Shown here piece by piece: positions 30,573 through 44,105 of a stretch of DNA of 49,199 nt. The DNA is taken from contig CAVZSQ010000024.1 in assembly GCA_963777955.1 (NCBI GenBank), forward strand, positions 1-49,199, written 5' to 3'. A program made the position numbers and the translations under genes. The notes under the pieces are model-generated. The model worked only from the letters and a program-made list of their open reading frames with translations, did not search any database and was not told the DNA's origin. The stretch is from Calditrichia bacterium (lineage in GTDB: Bacteria; Calditrichota; Calditrichia; JAJRVZ01). The number at the start of each line of letters is the position of its first letter. The stretch's first letter is position 1.

Positions 30573-32351
30573 TTAGTGGTTTATGGATTCTACATACCTG
30601 ATCTGGCTCAGGGAGATCGCCAGGTTATCACGACTCTGTTCCGGTACTTTATCCAGATTATTCAGCAGCGCCTGCAGATAACTCCGGTCATGAAAGTCGC
30701 TGCGGTCGATCAGGCCGGCAAAATATGTTTTGTTGAATTGCAGTGCCGACAAGATGCCCAGGTTATCAAGATCGGGTTTGCGGATCTTCCTGCCGAGGCG
30801 TTTTTTCAAGAAAGGATAGACGATGCGCAGCCTGCCGCCGGGACTCAATAAATCCGCGGGCCGGTACCCCTTGCCGGTCAGCTGCCTTAACATGTCCGGC
30901 GCAGTCCGCCTGATGATTTCCGCGTATAATATCTGTCCCTTATAGCGCTGCAAAGGATTGTGGGTGAAAAAAGGATTATTGACCCCGGCTAATTCCGTTC
31001 TTAACAATTCTTCAATAAGTTTAAAATTAAGGAAAGGCAAACGGATATTCAGATACCTGAGTTGCGTTACGATCAGCGATCCAAAAAACTTCCTGAATAC
31101 TTCCTCGAAAACATATACATAGAATTTCTGATTCAGGGTCAGTCCAGCCGGTCTCGAGTTTCTGTATTGCCTGACCGTTTCGATCAAATCATCCAGAACT
31201 ACGTTGAATTCAGAAATCTTTAGTGCATTTAATTTGACTGAATTCCGGATAAAACTTATCCAGGAGTCATCGGCAGCGGTCAGGCATTTGACTAATTCCG
31301 GCGGGGTCATGGCCCCGGCCACATGCAGGGCGCGGAACAATTCGCTGCCGCAATAACCGGTCAGAAGGAAATTTGTATGAACCGATAATATTTTCGCAGC
31401 GTATAAAACCTGCACATACAGGTAATTACTGTTCAGGGCTGATTGCCCGATCAGTTCCTCTCCGTCCGGCAGGTAGCGCTCTTTGAAATATGCCTCTTCA
31501 TCCAGGATAACCGGAAAATGCTCAAGGCCGAGTTGGGCCGCGTTGGCCGCCGGAATAGTTACATCCGGATTGTTGCGGGTACCAAAGGAGAAGGTCTTGA
31601 ATTTTTTGCCTGCCTTCCTGGCACAGGCAACCAGAGTGCGACCGTCAAAACCTGAAGTAAATGAGATATAGCAGCCTGCGGGCGGAAAATAATCCCTGAC
31701 CAGGTCGATAAACAATGCGCTGATATCCTGCTGCGCCTTGTTCAGTGGTACTAATTCCCGGTGATAATACTGTTCAATGCCGGTATGTTTATGACATTGC
31801 AGTTTTTGCCCGCTATATTCCAGGTAGTTGTTGGACGGGACAAGCTGCACTTCGGAAAATACGGTCGAATTAAGCAGCGGATAGCCGAACAGGATCTGTT
31901 CCAGCAGGAATCTCTTGTTCAGGGTCAACCTCGCGGCCGGCAGCCGGCGCAGTAAGGCTATGGATGAAGATATCAGCACGTGCCGGTCCGTGGTATAAAA
32001 GTAAATCGGTAAGATTGAAAAAACGCTGTTGTAAATCTTCAGAGTGGATGAGCGGGCTGAAAAATGAATGATGTAGAATAGACCGTTGATATATTTTAAC
32101 CGCTGCTCGTTAAAATCAGCGGCCAGATCCTGAAAGAAACGGTTGTTTTCAATTTTCTCCGGTATGATAAAATCCCCTGAAAAATAGAAATCCTGCGGCC
32201 CGCTGCTTTTAATCCTGATCATATCTTTGGCGGAATCGAAATATATAATCGCCTGATCTGCAGGTAATTCGCCGGACAGGGGTAATTCCGGGACAGGTAC
32301 CAGTTCTCTTAAATCCTTATTACGGGGTATACAAATCAGAAAATCAGGCAT
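30573..32351 (-). CDS. Asparagine-synthase-related protein (polysaccharide amidotransferase-like)
   Basis: Variant PP-loop SFTSGFDGR, TFSFG, LTGYCGSELFR and RLPFL. Confidence 0.8.
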   Translation of the reverse strand: MPDFLICIPRNKDLRELVPVPELPLSGELPADQAIIYFDSAKDMIRIKSSGPQDFYFSGDFIIPEKIENNRFFQDLAADFNEQRLKYINGLFYIIHFSARSSTLKIYNSVFSILPIYFYTTDRHVLISSSIALLRRLPAARLTLNKRFLLEQILFGYPLLNSTVFSEVQLVPSNNYLEYSGQKLQCHKHTGIEQYYHRELVPLNKAQQDISALFIDLVRDYFPPAGCYISFTSGFDGRTLVACARKAGKKFKTFSFGTRNNPDVTIPAANAAQLGLEHFPVILDEEAYFKERYLPDGEELIGQSALNSNYLYVQVLYAAKILSVHTNFLLTGYCGSELFRALHVAGAMTPPELVKCLTAADDSWISFIRNSVKLNALKISEFNVVLDDLIETVRQYRNSRPAGLTLNQKFYVYVFEEVFRKFFGSLIVTQLRYLNIRLPFLNFKLIEELLRTELAGVNNPFFTHNPLQRYKGQILYAEIIRRTAPDMLRQLTGKGYRPADLLSPGGRLRIVYPFLKKRLGRKIRKPDLDNLGILSALQFNKTYFAGLIDRSDFHDRSYLQALLNNLDKVPEQSRDNLAISLSQIRYVESINH

Positions 32352-32366
32352 GGCAGGTTTTTCGTT

Positions 32367-33325
32367 TTATCTGTTTCTAAGCAGGTTGTATAAATACTTG
32401 ACTACAGCCGCAGGTAAAAAAGAAAGACACAGCATAGCCATAGTTTGCAGATCAAAAAATTTATGCTGCAGTGATTTTATCAGGTTTTTTCGCGCCTGTG
32501 CCGGCTGAAAATTATCGAACAGATATTTTTTGGCCAGGTACTTGTGATAGAGGTGTTGCCGTTCCCGGGCGGTCAAACTGTTTTTTAGTTTCAGGTAAAC
32601 TGCACATTGTTCGCGGGTCGACAGTACCGGTCCGGATCGCCGTAGTTATCAATTCCCTTTTGAAGCCGGCTCAATCTGCCTATCTTGGTGGTGGAGGACG
32701 ACGGTAGTAGACGGTATTGAATCAGCAGTCCGGCAGATTGGCTAATTTTCCATATTGGATCAACTTATTCCACAGCAGCAGATCCTCAAAATCATTCAGT
32801 TTACTTACCGCTTCATTATATCTGCCGCTGTTTATCACGGCATCCCTTCGCAGCATGACCGAACTGTGGAAGATGGGCGGAAAGGGCAATTTTGTTTTTA
32901 AATCGTCCCAGCTGCAGGGATAATCCGAATTGTAAATGAAATTTCCCGCCTGGTCGATCACACTGGCATTGGATCCGACCAGCACATGATCAGGGTTTTG
33001 TTCCAGGAATTCCAACTGTTTTGCGAGGCGCTGCGGCCGGCAGATGTCGTCGGCATCCATGCGCGCGATATATTTTCCCGCGGAGATATTTATACCGGCA
33101 TTTAAAGCAGCAGCCAGTCCGGAATTTTTTTGTTCGATGACTTTAATCCTGCTGTCCCGGTAAGATTTTATCACAGCCAGCGCTGTTATCGGTGGAACCA
33201 TCGTTGACAATAATGAATTCAAAATCACGGCAAGTTTGATGTAATACACTGTCTATCGCTGCGGCCAGGTATTTTTCACCATTATAGACCGCCATGACTA
33301 CACTGATGGGACAGGACGCAGTCAT
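32367..33325 (-). CDS. Glycosyltransferase family 2; frameshifted
   Basis: [29 protein letters not shown] and FEDLLLW. Confidence 0.9.
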
Positions 33326-33326
33326 T

Positions 33327-34476
33327 TTAGTTCAGGTGTAATTGGTGAAAAAGATCGCTGAATCTTTTCTGGCAGGTATGGCAGCGCAGAGCCCGGCGCA
33401 GACCCGCCTGGCGGACATGCCCGGCTTCGCTTTCATGATTGAGAAAATACCTGACTTTATCCAGCAACTCAGGTTCACTACGGAAGACGAGCACTTCTTT
33501 ATCGGGCTCATAATGCTCGGCCAGTTCGTCCGAATAATTGGTAATGTACAATCCGCCGGACATGGGTATTTCAAATTCCCGCAGGTGCAGATGCTGCTGT
33601 ACGACTGTCGAAATTTTATTATCCTGCTCGAACACTTCCAGGAAACCCAGGTTTATTTCAGAACGGTTGAAAAGTCTGACCAGCTCGTCTTCGGCTACCG
33701 GGGGGTGCAGATTTTTATGATACAATTTGCGCAGGTTCTGCTGAAAATTGAATTCTTCCACCTTTAAAGCAAATGAATGCCTGTGTTCGGCGGAAAAAGC
33801 AGCCAGGGCGGCCAGCCGGTGGCCGGTCCGTTTGACCTGCCATTTTATTTTTTTCAGCCGGTTGGCCGCCAGCCAGTTGGGACCAAAGCAGTCGACGGCC
33901 ATACCATGCTGCAGCAGATAATAGATGTAACGGGCCCGCCGGGCATAGTTGCTGCCGGTAAAGGTCAGCGGGTAGTCTCTGGGAATATCCAGGGGATGAT
34001 AATAGACAGGATTGGCGGCCATCTGGAACCAGACCGGCCTGGCGCCGATATTTTTAAATTTTTCCGCAGCAGATTTCTCGGCATGAAGATTGAAATCAAA
34101 CCGGGGGGATATTTTTTCCACCAGGTGGAACTGGTGGGTGTTATTGCAGGAGAAGTTGGCTGCAGGCACGCCGGTTTTCCTGATCTCGCTGATCACGTCC
34201 GCAATCGATATCCAGGTCGGTCAGGTAACCCAGGAACAGATCGAAACCGTGTTTGTTGTGTTCTTTTTTAAAAGCCTCAGGCAAGGTATGATTTAGTTTT
34301 TCTTTAAACGCCCTGGTCCTGAATTTCACTTTCCATTCCGCTGCCAGGTTATCCAAACGTAATAAAAAAACATCATGTCCCAGTTCGACCAGCGGTTCAT
34401 AGAAATTTTTATACCAGGTCATGCTGCCGGGCACGGCCAGGTTTCCCGAGGGGTGCAGAATTAAAAATATTCGCAT
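33327..34476 (-). CDS. CgeB-family glycosyltransferase; frameshifted
   Basis: Start [12 protein letters not shown] at 34476. FTGSNYARR and [20 protein letters not shown]. Confidence 0.85.
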
Positions 34477-34481
34477 TGTTT

Positions 34482-35518
34482 TTAGGCCGGGTGGATATAA
34501 TGAAAGAACAACCGTTTGGCTTTGATAAAGTAGCGTCTGACGGTATGGATGGCGCTGATCAGGCCGATTTTCAGCGGAGCAAAATGTACTTTTGTGGCCG
34601 GCCGGTTGGGATTGATAGCATCCAGTTCTTCGAAAAACGAGACCAGTTGTCGTGCCGATTGTTCCAGGGACAGATTTTTTTTTAATGAATTCACGCGGGG
34701 CAAAGCGGTCATAATTATTATTCAGTTTTGCGATTGCCGCAGGCAATTCTGAAAGGTCGTCGATCACGATACCGCAGGTTTGGTCAAAATATGGCACCGA
34801 GGTGGCTTTGAATTCGGCCAGTATTTTCGGCAGGTCGTATTTCTCGCGCCGGTCGTGATCTAGACATATTCCGGCTGTTTAACACGATCAGGGGGACATT
34901 GGCCGCCAGTGCTTCCTGCAGGGCAATGCCCTGGCTTTCGGTGGTGCCGATCCATACTCCGAAGAAAGACCGCCTTAAAACATATTTATAAGTCTCTTCA
35001 GTATAAGTTCCATATTCAATCAGATTTATTTTATAGCCCATGGTCTTTTTAATTCGCGTATGGCCTCTTCTTTTAATTCAGGTTTCTGTTCTTAAAATAT
35101 AGTAAGACTTTGTTTTCTGTCTTTAGTCTCGGTAAAATTGAAATTCTTCCTAATCGATTCCCACCGGCCATGCTTTCAGTTCACACTGATCATAATTGAA
35201 ATTTTTTCCATAGTTCAATAGTCCAATTGGAGGGGTGTAAATAAAGGAAATTCGTAAGCCGGGGCAGGAAGAGAGGGAAATCATGGGGAGTGACAAACAG
35301 ATTAGGACCAACCACAGCAGGTTTTTCTTACCGCCGCAGATATCAGCGCCGGTATACTATCATGGATCCAGTTCCAGTTCATATTCTTCAAGACTTTGAT
35401 TGATTGTATAAGGCTGCCCTATTTTCTTTAATCCCAATAGTGCATTGGCCAGTACTTTGGCCGGACCGCCGGGTTTGAGCGGATCGGAGTTGGAGATAAT
35501 ATTAATAGTATGCGACAC
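34482..35518 (-). CDS. GT-B glycosyltransferase-like protein; several frameshifts
   Basis: N-terminal GGPAKVLAN (manual translation), ESQGIALQEALAANVP and VPYFDQTCG. Confidence 0.65.
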
Positions 35519-35560
35519 AGCATTCACAGTATCTAATTATAGAAAACAAAGACTGATTTC

Positions 35561-37009
35561 TTAATTCACTTTATTAACATATATTGCATCACGTAGAAAG
35601 AAATCTGAAAAACCATAAAATATAATTTGACTAAAACTACTTCCATATGAACCAATTATATATTGGAATTGTTGCCCCGAAGTATTATGTAGAATAAAAA
35701 ATATCAAAAATCCGATTATCAAAACCAATACGCCATTTTTATAGGGATTTAACTTTTTTAATCTCATATTTATTTTATAAGGTACCGTAATTAATTTAAA
35801 CCATAAGTAAATAAACAATATAAATCCTGTAATTCCAACATTCATTAAAAGATTCGCCTGACCAGCATGTCCATTTTTATTGATCCAGAATACATCTGAA
35901 AATCCCCAGCCTAAAACCGGACTCTTATAAAATACATTTAATAAAGCCGGAGTATATTCACTGATTCTTTTTACCGTACCCCCTGCGGTCATGTCACCTT
36001 TTAAAATCAATCCCAAGGTAGATACTCTATTGGTTACACCTACAATTTGTGCTTGAATAACAGGCGAAAAATATATAACACTACTTATAAATATCAAAGG
36101 CAAAACTAATCTTAATACAAATGTTGGCTTTTTGTAGATAAAAACTGAATAGATGATTAAAGCGAAAGCATAAGCCACAATCCAACCACGGGTAGCAGTA
36201 AGTAGAATTGAAAAAAATGCTATAATAAGAATTAGATAAAGATATTTCTCCGAAAAGATTTTTTTTGCTGAACTTAGATAAAACATTGAACCAATATAAC
36301 ATATTAAATTTATATATGGTGATGAAAGCGGTCTGGCAACCCTTACATCATATTGTGAGATATCAAATTGTCCTAAAGACCTGGATACTTCTCCTGAAAC
36401 CGGTTCAAAAGCTTGTACCAAATAAATTTGCCAGAGGTTGTCCTAATAATAATTGTACAATCTGTGCAATTAAACCTATTATTACAAAAGGTAATAATAG
36501 GGCAAAGAAATTATCCCATTCTTCTTTTTTAATTATTAGCCTGGGTATTGAATATAGTAACTCCCAGGGCAAAAGCCATTTAACAGTTTTTAAAAGTGTA
36601 TAAATGGAAGTACCGATTAAAATTGAAAAAATGAATAGAACTATTAAATATACGGTTAATAATACTACAGGTTTCTTATAGATAAAAGTATGGTGTCCCC
36701 CGGTCGATATAGCCTTTATAAGGGCCGCATAAATAAACAATTCTTGAAACGTAATATAAGCCGGAAATCGTAACATGGGCAGGCCATAATTTAAATCTCC
36801 CCCGGGAAAAAGCCGCCAGGTGGATCAACTAAAATAAAAATCAAGGCAAACCAAAAATAATTATTTTCCGCCTGATAAAACTTGAATAATAAAAATGCAA
36901 AGAATATATAACTTACCGGATTAGGAGCAAGATAAATAGTAATGATCGCCAATGCAAAATATATAAATAAGATATAAACCTGTGTTCTATTAGATAATTT
37001 ATTTTTCAT
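35561..37009 (-). CDS. wzy: O-antigen polymerase/ligase-family membrane protein; frameshifted
   Basis: Three hydrophobic track ORFs. LLTATRG, PVLGWGF and HAG..NLLMNVGITG motifs. Confidence 0.75.
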
Positions 37010-38061
37010 TATTATTATCAAAGATTTTATTTAGTACAATATTTGCTGCCTGAACTGGCTGGAAATTAGAATCGATATGTTCCTTTAATCTTTTAATAAC
37101 AGTCATACGTTTATTCTCATTATTCAAATAATATTTAACGAGATCCAAGGCCTGATCATAATTATGTATTATGGGTATTTCAATGTCTTTGAATACTCTC
37201 TCAATATCCCGGCGGTATTCTACCAGGGGTAGAATACCTGAACCAATGCAATCAAATATCCGTATATGCAGACCATTGATCAAACCCGGATTAGCATCCA
37301 CCGGGTACAATTTACAGCAATTAGCAATAGTATTGACCAGGTCTTCGCTTAACCAGCCCTCTTTTGGTACGAATTTTTGCTCTAATTCAGGAAATTCTGT
37401 GAACCACCTTTGCCAGGCTCGCGGACCGTAGATTCTGATATCTAGATCCGCGAATTTGCTCAGGAACAGTGCCCGTTTATAATTCCAGATATTGGCATAA
37501 GTCGAGCCCAGGTAAAACAAGTCGCTAGAATATTTTTCCGGCTCTTCTGCCGTAGGTGTTTTTGGAAAGTATTTGGTCGGATCGTATCCCGGAATTAAAA
37601 AGGTGGTATTTTTCAGACCTAATGTTTCGACCTGCTGCAGCCAGTATGTATCCGAAGCAAAGATATGATCGACTTCAAAAAGCATTCTGAAGATGTGATC
37701 CCGGTTGACCAGGAAAAAGGGGCTGTCGGCCAGGTAGACGGCCAGTTTACAACTGGTCTTTTTTATTTCCCGGGCCAACTCGGCTGTGACCATCTGATCG
37801 TTATAAATCAGAACAAAATCCGGTTTCTCTGCATTTACAGCAGCGAGGTAGCCATCCTGTATTTTTTGCAGATACCTGTTTCTGAAATAAGTTCTGTACC
37901 GGTATGGTAGACGTATTGTATATGTATCTAATTTATTTTGCCAGTGCGGCAGGAAGGACAGGTAATTTACTATCTCTGACCTCATGGCCCAACGTTTTAA
38001 ATCCAAGATAAAATGCATCAGATAGCGAGCCTATTCCGCCAAAAAATAATAATATTTTCAT
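36999..38061 (-). CDS. CgeB-family glycosyltransferase; frameshift near the 5' end
   Basis: Start MKILLFFGG at 38061. YLADSP and HIRIFDCIGSG. Confidence 0.8.
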
Positions 38062-38308
38062 ATTAGATGCTATTATTGTACTGTTTATTGAATATTTTAC
38101 TGGAATATTTCTTAATTTTTACTGGCATTATAAGAATTTTATATATGTTTAATATGGATTTCTTTTTAATTCAAATTTAAATGTTCATATTAAGGTTAGA
38201 AAATAATACTATATTTCTTTATATTACTTTAATAAATATTAATCTCTAGGCAGCAATGATCACTTATCATCCTTGCGAATAATGAGTATCAGTGAGATCT
38301 AATATCTT

Positions 38309-39040
38309 TTAAGACTTATATCGAAATGTTTCAATAATTCCGAGCATGTGAATGAATCCAAAACATAAAAGTCGGTCAACCTTTATCTCTTTTACTGAAA
38401 CGCAAGAGCATCCTTTGTATGAAATAAATACTTATTATCTCAATTAGATTAGGCATACTCTTGGAATAGAGTTTAGATATCGATGGTATTCTGTAAATTT
38501 CCTGAGCAATATATTCAAAATAATTTCCATTAGGGAATATTTCAATCGTATTAAAGTTATATTGAACCAGGTGCTTTTCATACCAATATCTACTGTAACC
38601 TGAACTAAAATAATATGGGGAAAAATAGTGTTAATGAGCAGAATGGAGCTGTAATGAGCAAATGCCCGTTTGGTTTGAGTAAACGGTAGAATTCCTGTAT
38701 GGCTTTAATAGGATCCGGTAAATGCTCTAAAACTTCTATACACATTATTGCATCAAAAGATGAATCGGGTGCAGGAATCGAAGTAATATCACTAATAATG
38801 TCTAACTTTCCATAATCAAATTCCCCTATTTGTAAAGCCTCCCCATCACCTTTTCCATCATACTCTCCAAAGTCGATGTGATACATATTGCAGATGTCTG
38901 CAATATTTACGATAACGTTGAGTTCCAGCACCAGCATCTAAAATTCTGCTATCGCTAGGAATTTTTAATAGCGTTTTTTCTAACCAACTTTCACGAGAAC
39001 TTTCATTATTTCGCCCGACGCGCGGCAGAAATGATCGCAA
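38309..39040 (-). CDS. Class I SAM-dependent methyltransferase; frameshifted
   Basis: ILDAGAG, FDAIMCIEVLEH and LLKPNGHLLITAPF. Ends are approximate. Confidence 0.85.
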
Positions 39041-39206
39041 AATACTCCTAACCCTGATTTATTCTTTATAATAGGTTTCCATCTCAAATTCTTGACTATG
39101 ATTTTATCGAATGACTATTGGATATGCAACTTTTCTCCAAAATTCTCTATGTTCTTTTTCAAATGGTAAAGCAAAAAGCATATCATAATCAAAATAAAAT
39201 TTGTAA

Positions 39207-39761
39207 CTATGAATTTATGTTCTCTAGTATCGAGATAATTTTTGAAAGCGGCGCATTGTTTTCAATCACTGAGAAATCCGAAACATCATCTATTACAATA
39301 ATGTGAGATTTAATCTTGCTGGTACTGATTGCTTCAATCTCTTGTAGTATCGGTGCTTTTATTGCGCCTGAGGCAGTTTGACCTTCTGAATAATGACCGT
39401 CGAGCCAAAAAATGCTTGGATTATCGAGTTTATTAATTATAATTGGCAAAATATCTTTACTATCTCCATTAATACAACTTATATTGGGATACCTGACAAA
39501 TATTTCGTTAGCATTTCGAAATAATGTCTCGTCTAATTCTATAGTCCAGATATGTTCAAAGTATTGACTGAGCTTAATTGGGGTTTCCCCTAAATAAGTT
39601 CCTGTCTCAACAAAATATTTGTATTTATATATTTTTTGTATACGCATTAACATACCGCGCTTATATTCGCCTTCCGGCCAAATAATAACTCTACGGAATG
39701 AATAATAATTCTTCTGAAATATACATTTAATACTATATTTAATTTTTCTTATAATATCCAA
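39207..39761 (-). CDS. Methyltransferase-like protein
   Basis: FVETGTYLG, TIELD, GDS, FWLDGHYS and IVIDD. Confidence 0.75.
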   Translation of the reverse strand: MDIIRKIKYSIKCIFQKNYYSFRRVIIWPEGEYKRGMLMRIQKIYKYKYFVETGTYLGETPIKLSQYFEHIWTIELDETLFRNANEIFVRYPNISCINGDSKDILPIIINKLDNPSIFWLDGHYSEGQTASGAIKAPILQEIEAISTSKIKSHIIVIDDVSDFSVIENNAPLSKIISILENINS

Positions 39762-39809
39762 TTTAATAAACCTTTTTTATCAAACAGGAGTATCTTTACA
39801 TATTGCTCT

Positions 39810-40572
39810 TTAATTCGGCTTCTTAAACCAAAAACATCCGCAACCGTATTCCTGTTGATCAGCCTGTTCTTTGGAAGCATTGACAATAAAACCTAGGCCA
39901 GGATTATCGGGCACCAGGGAAAACTCACGCAAATTAAAATTGTAAAAGATTCGATAATCTGCTGATAACTATAAATACGGTGGGCATTGAACATAATTTT
40001 TGGTTTTCCCACCGGCACAACCAGCAATAAATGACCACCGGGTTTAATAACCCGTATTGAGTTCAGCCATGGCGAGTTGATCGCCCTCAGGATTGATGGC
40101 ATCACCATATCTGCCCAAACCAATATGTTCAATTGTATGCATACAGGAAAGTGAGTCGATGGAATCGTTTCAAAGACCAAGATTCGTTAAATCTGCAAAA
40201 TCTGTGGATAAATTATTTAAACCAAGATTTACCGGACGTAATCATAATATTTTACTTTAATAAATGCCGAAACGATGGTACTGAAATAGAGTAATAGAAG
40301 AAATATCAATATGAATTTCAGGTTTGATTATATTTAATATTCGTGCTGCCCAGGCAGCATGATAGACATAGTGGCGATCAAAAGTTATCGTCTTTGTTCT
40401 GTCCGTCAGACAAGGATAGAGATCACTCAGTATTAATTTTCCCTTATCATCTAATGCTTTCGAAAATTTATTAAATCTTTCACATAACGGATATAATTAG
40501 GAATAGCAATAATCACATTTTTAATATTAATCAATGGATTTAACAATCTGAAAATCACATTTATTTTTTCAT
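39810..40572 (-). CDS. DUF268-family methyltransferase-like protein; frameshifted
   Basis: Manual translation gives DRHYVYHAAWAARIL, SLSCMHTIEHIGLGRYGD, FNAHRIY and GCGCFWF. Confidence 0.8.
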
Positions 40573-40652
40573 GACTCGTTCGGAGAATTTTTCTTGATTC
40601 TAACTTTGATTGTTCGAACTTATGACTGTATCCGGTAAGATTTCTCTAATAT

Positions 40653-42058
40653 TCATAAAACCAAATTTATAAGAAATAATAAGTACAGCAGGACTACTAT
40701 TATAAGTATAAAACATAAATTATTATATCCAGTGGCTACTAAAATGAACGAAAATACAATACCAATGATAATAAGTAACGACATTTTAATAAGTAATTTA
40801 ATTCCTATTTTAGGTTGTATTGAATTTCTCAGAAAATAAAAAAATAATAAAGCACTAATATAAGGAATAATCGCTTCTAACCAGCCAATTGAGATGGTAC
40901 CAAATACCGGTATCAACAGAATTTTTAATACCGGATATAACAAGTAAAGAATAGTTGTACTTAAAAGTACAAATCTTTGATTACCAACAGCAAGTAACAG
41001 CTGAAGACAATAACGTCAATAAAGGAGTTATTGACCCTAAGGAAAATAGCACCATAAAGGGGATAGCTTCTGCAAAGGCTTTACCGTATAAAAGAAGAAT
41101 TATTTTTTCTGATAAAAATATCAAGAATGAACAAAATATGATATTCAGTGAGAATAAGGGTTTTAGTATTCTGTAAAAGGTAGAACTGAATTTCTCAGTC
41201 GAGACCGCAAAATCTTTAGTCATCCTTGGAAACAGAACATTTAATATAGCTCCTCCGGCAAACATCAATATGCCCTTCATTCTGGAGGCTGCTCCGATTA
41301 TGCCGAAATCATGAGGAGTGAAGCCCAAATATTTTAATAAAACCGGATCACTTTGTGATTGTACACTTGATAATAAAGATAATGAACCAAAAATCCATGT
41401 ATTTTTAAAGATAATCTTAAGATCAGCAAAATTGATTCTCTGAAAAATGAATGGTCTTAATTTAAACGTATAGTCGGATAGTATTGTATATAAAATATAA
41501 TTAAACCTGCAAACCGAGTAAAATGCCGGAACCATTATTAAATAAAAATTTGGGATTTTGAGTATAAAAATGAAAAAACCTGTCAATAAGGTCAATACTT
41601 TTTATTATCGCCGTATTTGCTACAAATGGTGCTCTTTCTTTATAGAAGTGCCAGGTTGTAAGGACATTAGTAAAACTTTCAGAATATGCTATGATTATAC
41701 TGGATATACCTATAATGAAATGATCACTTCTGGTTTCGACAGATCCCAAAAAAACAAATGAACCCGCTATAAGCAAGAGGATAATATATAGATGCTTATT
41801 GATATAATAATAAAATAATTCTTTAGGATTGTCGATAGAATTTAGATCCCGCATCAAAAATCCAATTTTACCGAACTCACCTAAAGTGGCTGAATTGAAA
41901 ATATTCCGATATAATAGAATATATACTCCTACGATATTCGGCTCCTAACCAACGGGCAAGTAAAATTCCCCATAATGCCCGGGGTCACATAAATTGATTC
42001 CCTGGGAAAGGGTTACATATAAACTATCTTTGAAAAGTTTTGGTAGTTTTATTTTCAT
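40653..42058 (-). CDS. wzx: Oligosaccharide flippase; frameshifted
   Basis: Start MKIKLPKLFKDSLYVTLSQG. About 12 hydrophobic segments over several ORFs, with VLFPRM and IILLLYGKAF motifs. Confidence 0.8.
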
Positions 42059-42150
42059 TAAATCATATATATTAATTAATATCCATTCAAATAGGTGCGA
42101 CCATGAATTCTAATTGGTAATTTTTCTTCTCTTCATAATTTTTCTTTGTA

Positions 42151-42903
42151 CTAATCTTGATATATACTCCGGAGTTTCCATATCTTTATTCTTTCCAGTA
42201 ATTTCCCTGGCTCTTGATCGATATAATGACTTTGATCAAAAGGTTTGCAAGCAATCGTCCACTTTCTGTATAAAAATTCTGTATTTTTTTTGAATACCTT
42301 TCTTTTGCACTGTCGGCCTGTCCATAAGAATTTATCTTTGGAATCAAACCCAGGTTTCTTATTCCGGGTACATGTGTACCTGGGCAATTCCAGGCCGTTA
42401 ATCGAAAGCCTGACATGAAAATCGTCGTCTTCCCCGCCGATTTCCACAAAACGCTCGTCAAACCAGCCGTTTAATTTGATAATCTGGCGACTGATCAAAA
42501 AGTGGGCCCAGGAGTTGTTCAGCAATGCCACTGATTCTTGCAAAACCCCGCTGCTTCCAGGTTTCTTCTGAAAAAATACCGATCAGCAGATCATCGTTTA
42601 AAATAAGGATTCTTTCATTCCGGAGCGCAGGATCAACTGATTCCATAAGCGGCTGAGACCCTGAGGTTGATCGTAAGTAAAAATTTCCACATTGCCGTAT
42701 TGCCCGCAGAATTCTTTACTGATCCAGGTATCAGCCTGCTGCTGTTGCTCGTAATGACCATTCACCGCCACCAGGATCTGATTCCGGGGAAATAAATAAT
42801 TTAAGCGGGATAACTGTTTTTTAAAATTTCTCTCGAAGCGGTCAATAAAAGTCGTTACGCCGATGGTATAATCGTGATCATAATTTTTATCAGCATTGAT
42901 CAA
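42151..42903 (-). CDS. GT-A (GT2/GT7-like) glycosyltransferase; frameshifted
   Basis: GLSRLWN, ILILNDD and GWFDERFVEIGGEDDDF. Confidence 0.75.
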
Positions 42904-43026
42904 CCGGCCTAATAACTAGCCGGATTCATTCTGAAGAGTGCGGAGTGGTGCGTATTTGATGTAACATAGCATCGAGATTATTTGTAATTAATAATTAGCA
43001 AGGTAATTGGCAATTTGGAATTTAAT

Positions 43027-44104
43027 TTATATCTCCTCATAATCGATACCCAGCGACTCCCTTAAGATTTCCTTTAATTCCCTGGAATTCCGTTTCAGAT
43101 TGATGGCATCGCAACTTTTGTAAGGATTGGCTTTGCTGTAATCGTTGATGATAATCCGCTTGGAGTGCAGCATACCCAGCAGCAGTTGATCGTATTCAAC
43201 ACCGATGGCTTTTAATTGTTTTATCGTAACCTGCCGGTATTTTTCGGGACGGGAAGTGGTGATGATAATCTGAAACTTTCCACTGGCCCGCAATTCATGG
43301 ATGACCTGCACATTCTCCGTAAGTGCGCCGGATTCGCCGTAATAAGGGGGGAAATGCGCTGAAGAATGTTCGACCAGTACCCCGTCAATGTCGATGAACA
43401 GGGTGGCAAAAGAACGTTTATAATTTTCCCAATCCTGCAGGGTGCCCCAGTCGCAGTAATCGCTGACCGCCACGGCCTTAAACACGCCTTTATTGAGAAT
43501 GCCTTGATAAATCACGTTGCTGATATAGCGGTCATTCTCCAGGTTCAGGTTTTGCAGGATTTCGCTAAACAGCGCGGCATCTTCAAAACCGTACCCGCCC
43601 ACGCAGAAATACGGACTGATCACTTTTTTTTCGATGATATTGACCACCCGTTGATGATCATCCACCACGATGTAACTTTTATTTTTGGGTTTTACCAGCC
43701 CGGCCTGATTCAGATCGTAATAGCAGACAAAATTTCCAGATTTGATATCACAACTGAACCTGTTATCGGAATCCTTGATCAGGATCGGACCTTTGATCTT
43801 CGCTTTTAAAATAGCCTGGTAAACGGTCTCGGGCTGATCCCGGGTAGGCGCTGCCAGACTCCACCATGACCGTCTTTTTTTTCAGGCCGGCATCAGCCAG
43901 TTCTTCTTCAAAACCTTTGCGGAAATGAAATTGTTGTTCATGTTCCCGCAGATATACAAAGTAAATATTTTTGAACCGTTCCGGCCGCAGTCCGGCAATG
44001 GCTGCGATGGCCATGAACCGGCCGTCAGGGTGGGTCAGCATCCACTTGGGTCTCAATCCGGGAAAGCGGGATGAACGACCGGCCATCGGTATGATCAAAT
44101 TCAT
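43027..44104 (-). CDS. Nucleotidyltransferase-like domain fused to a HAD-like phosphatase domain; frameshifted
   Basis: IIPMAGRSSRF...PKWML, DWGT, then FIDIDGVL and TTSR. Confidence 0.85.
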
Positions 44105-44105
44105 A

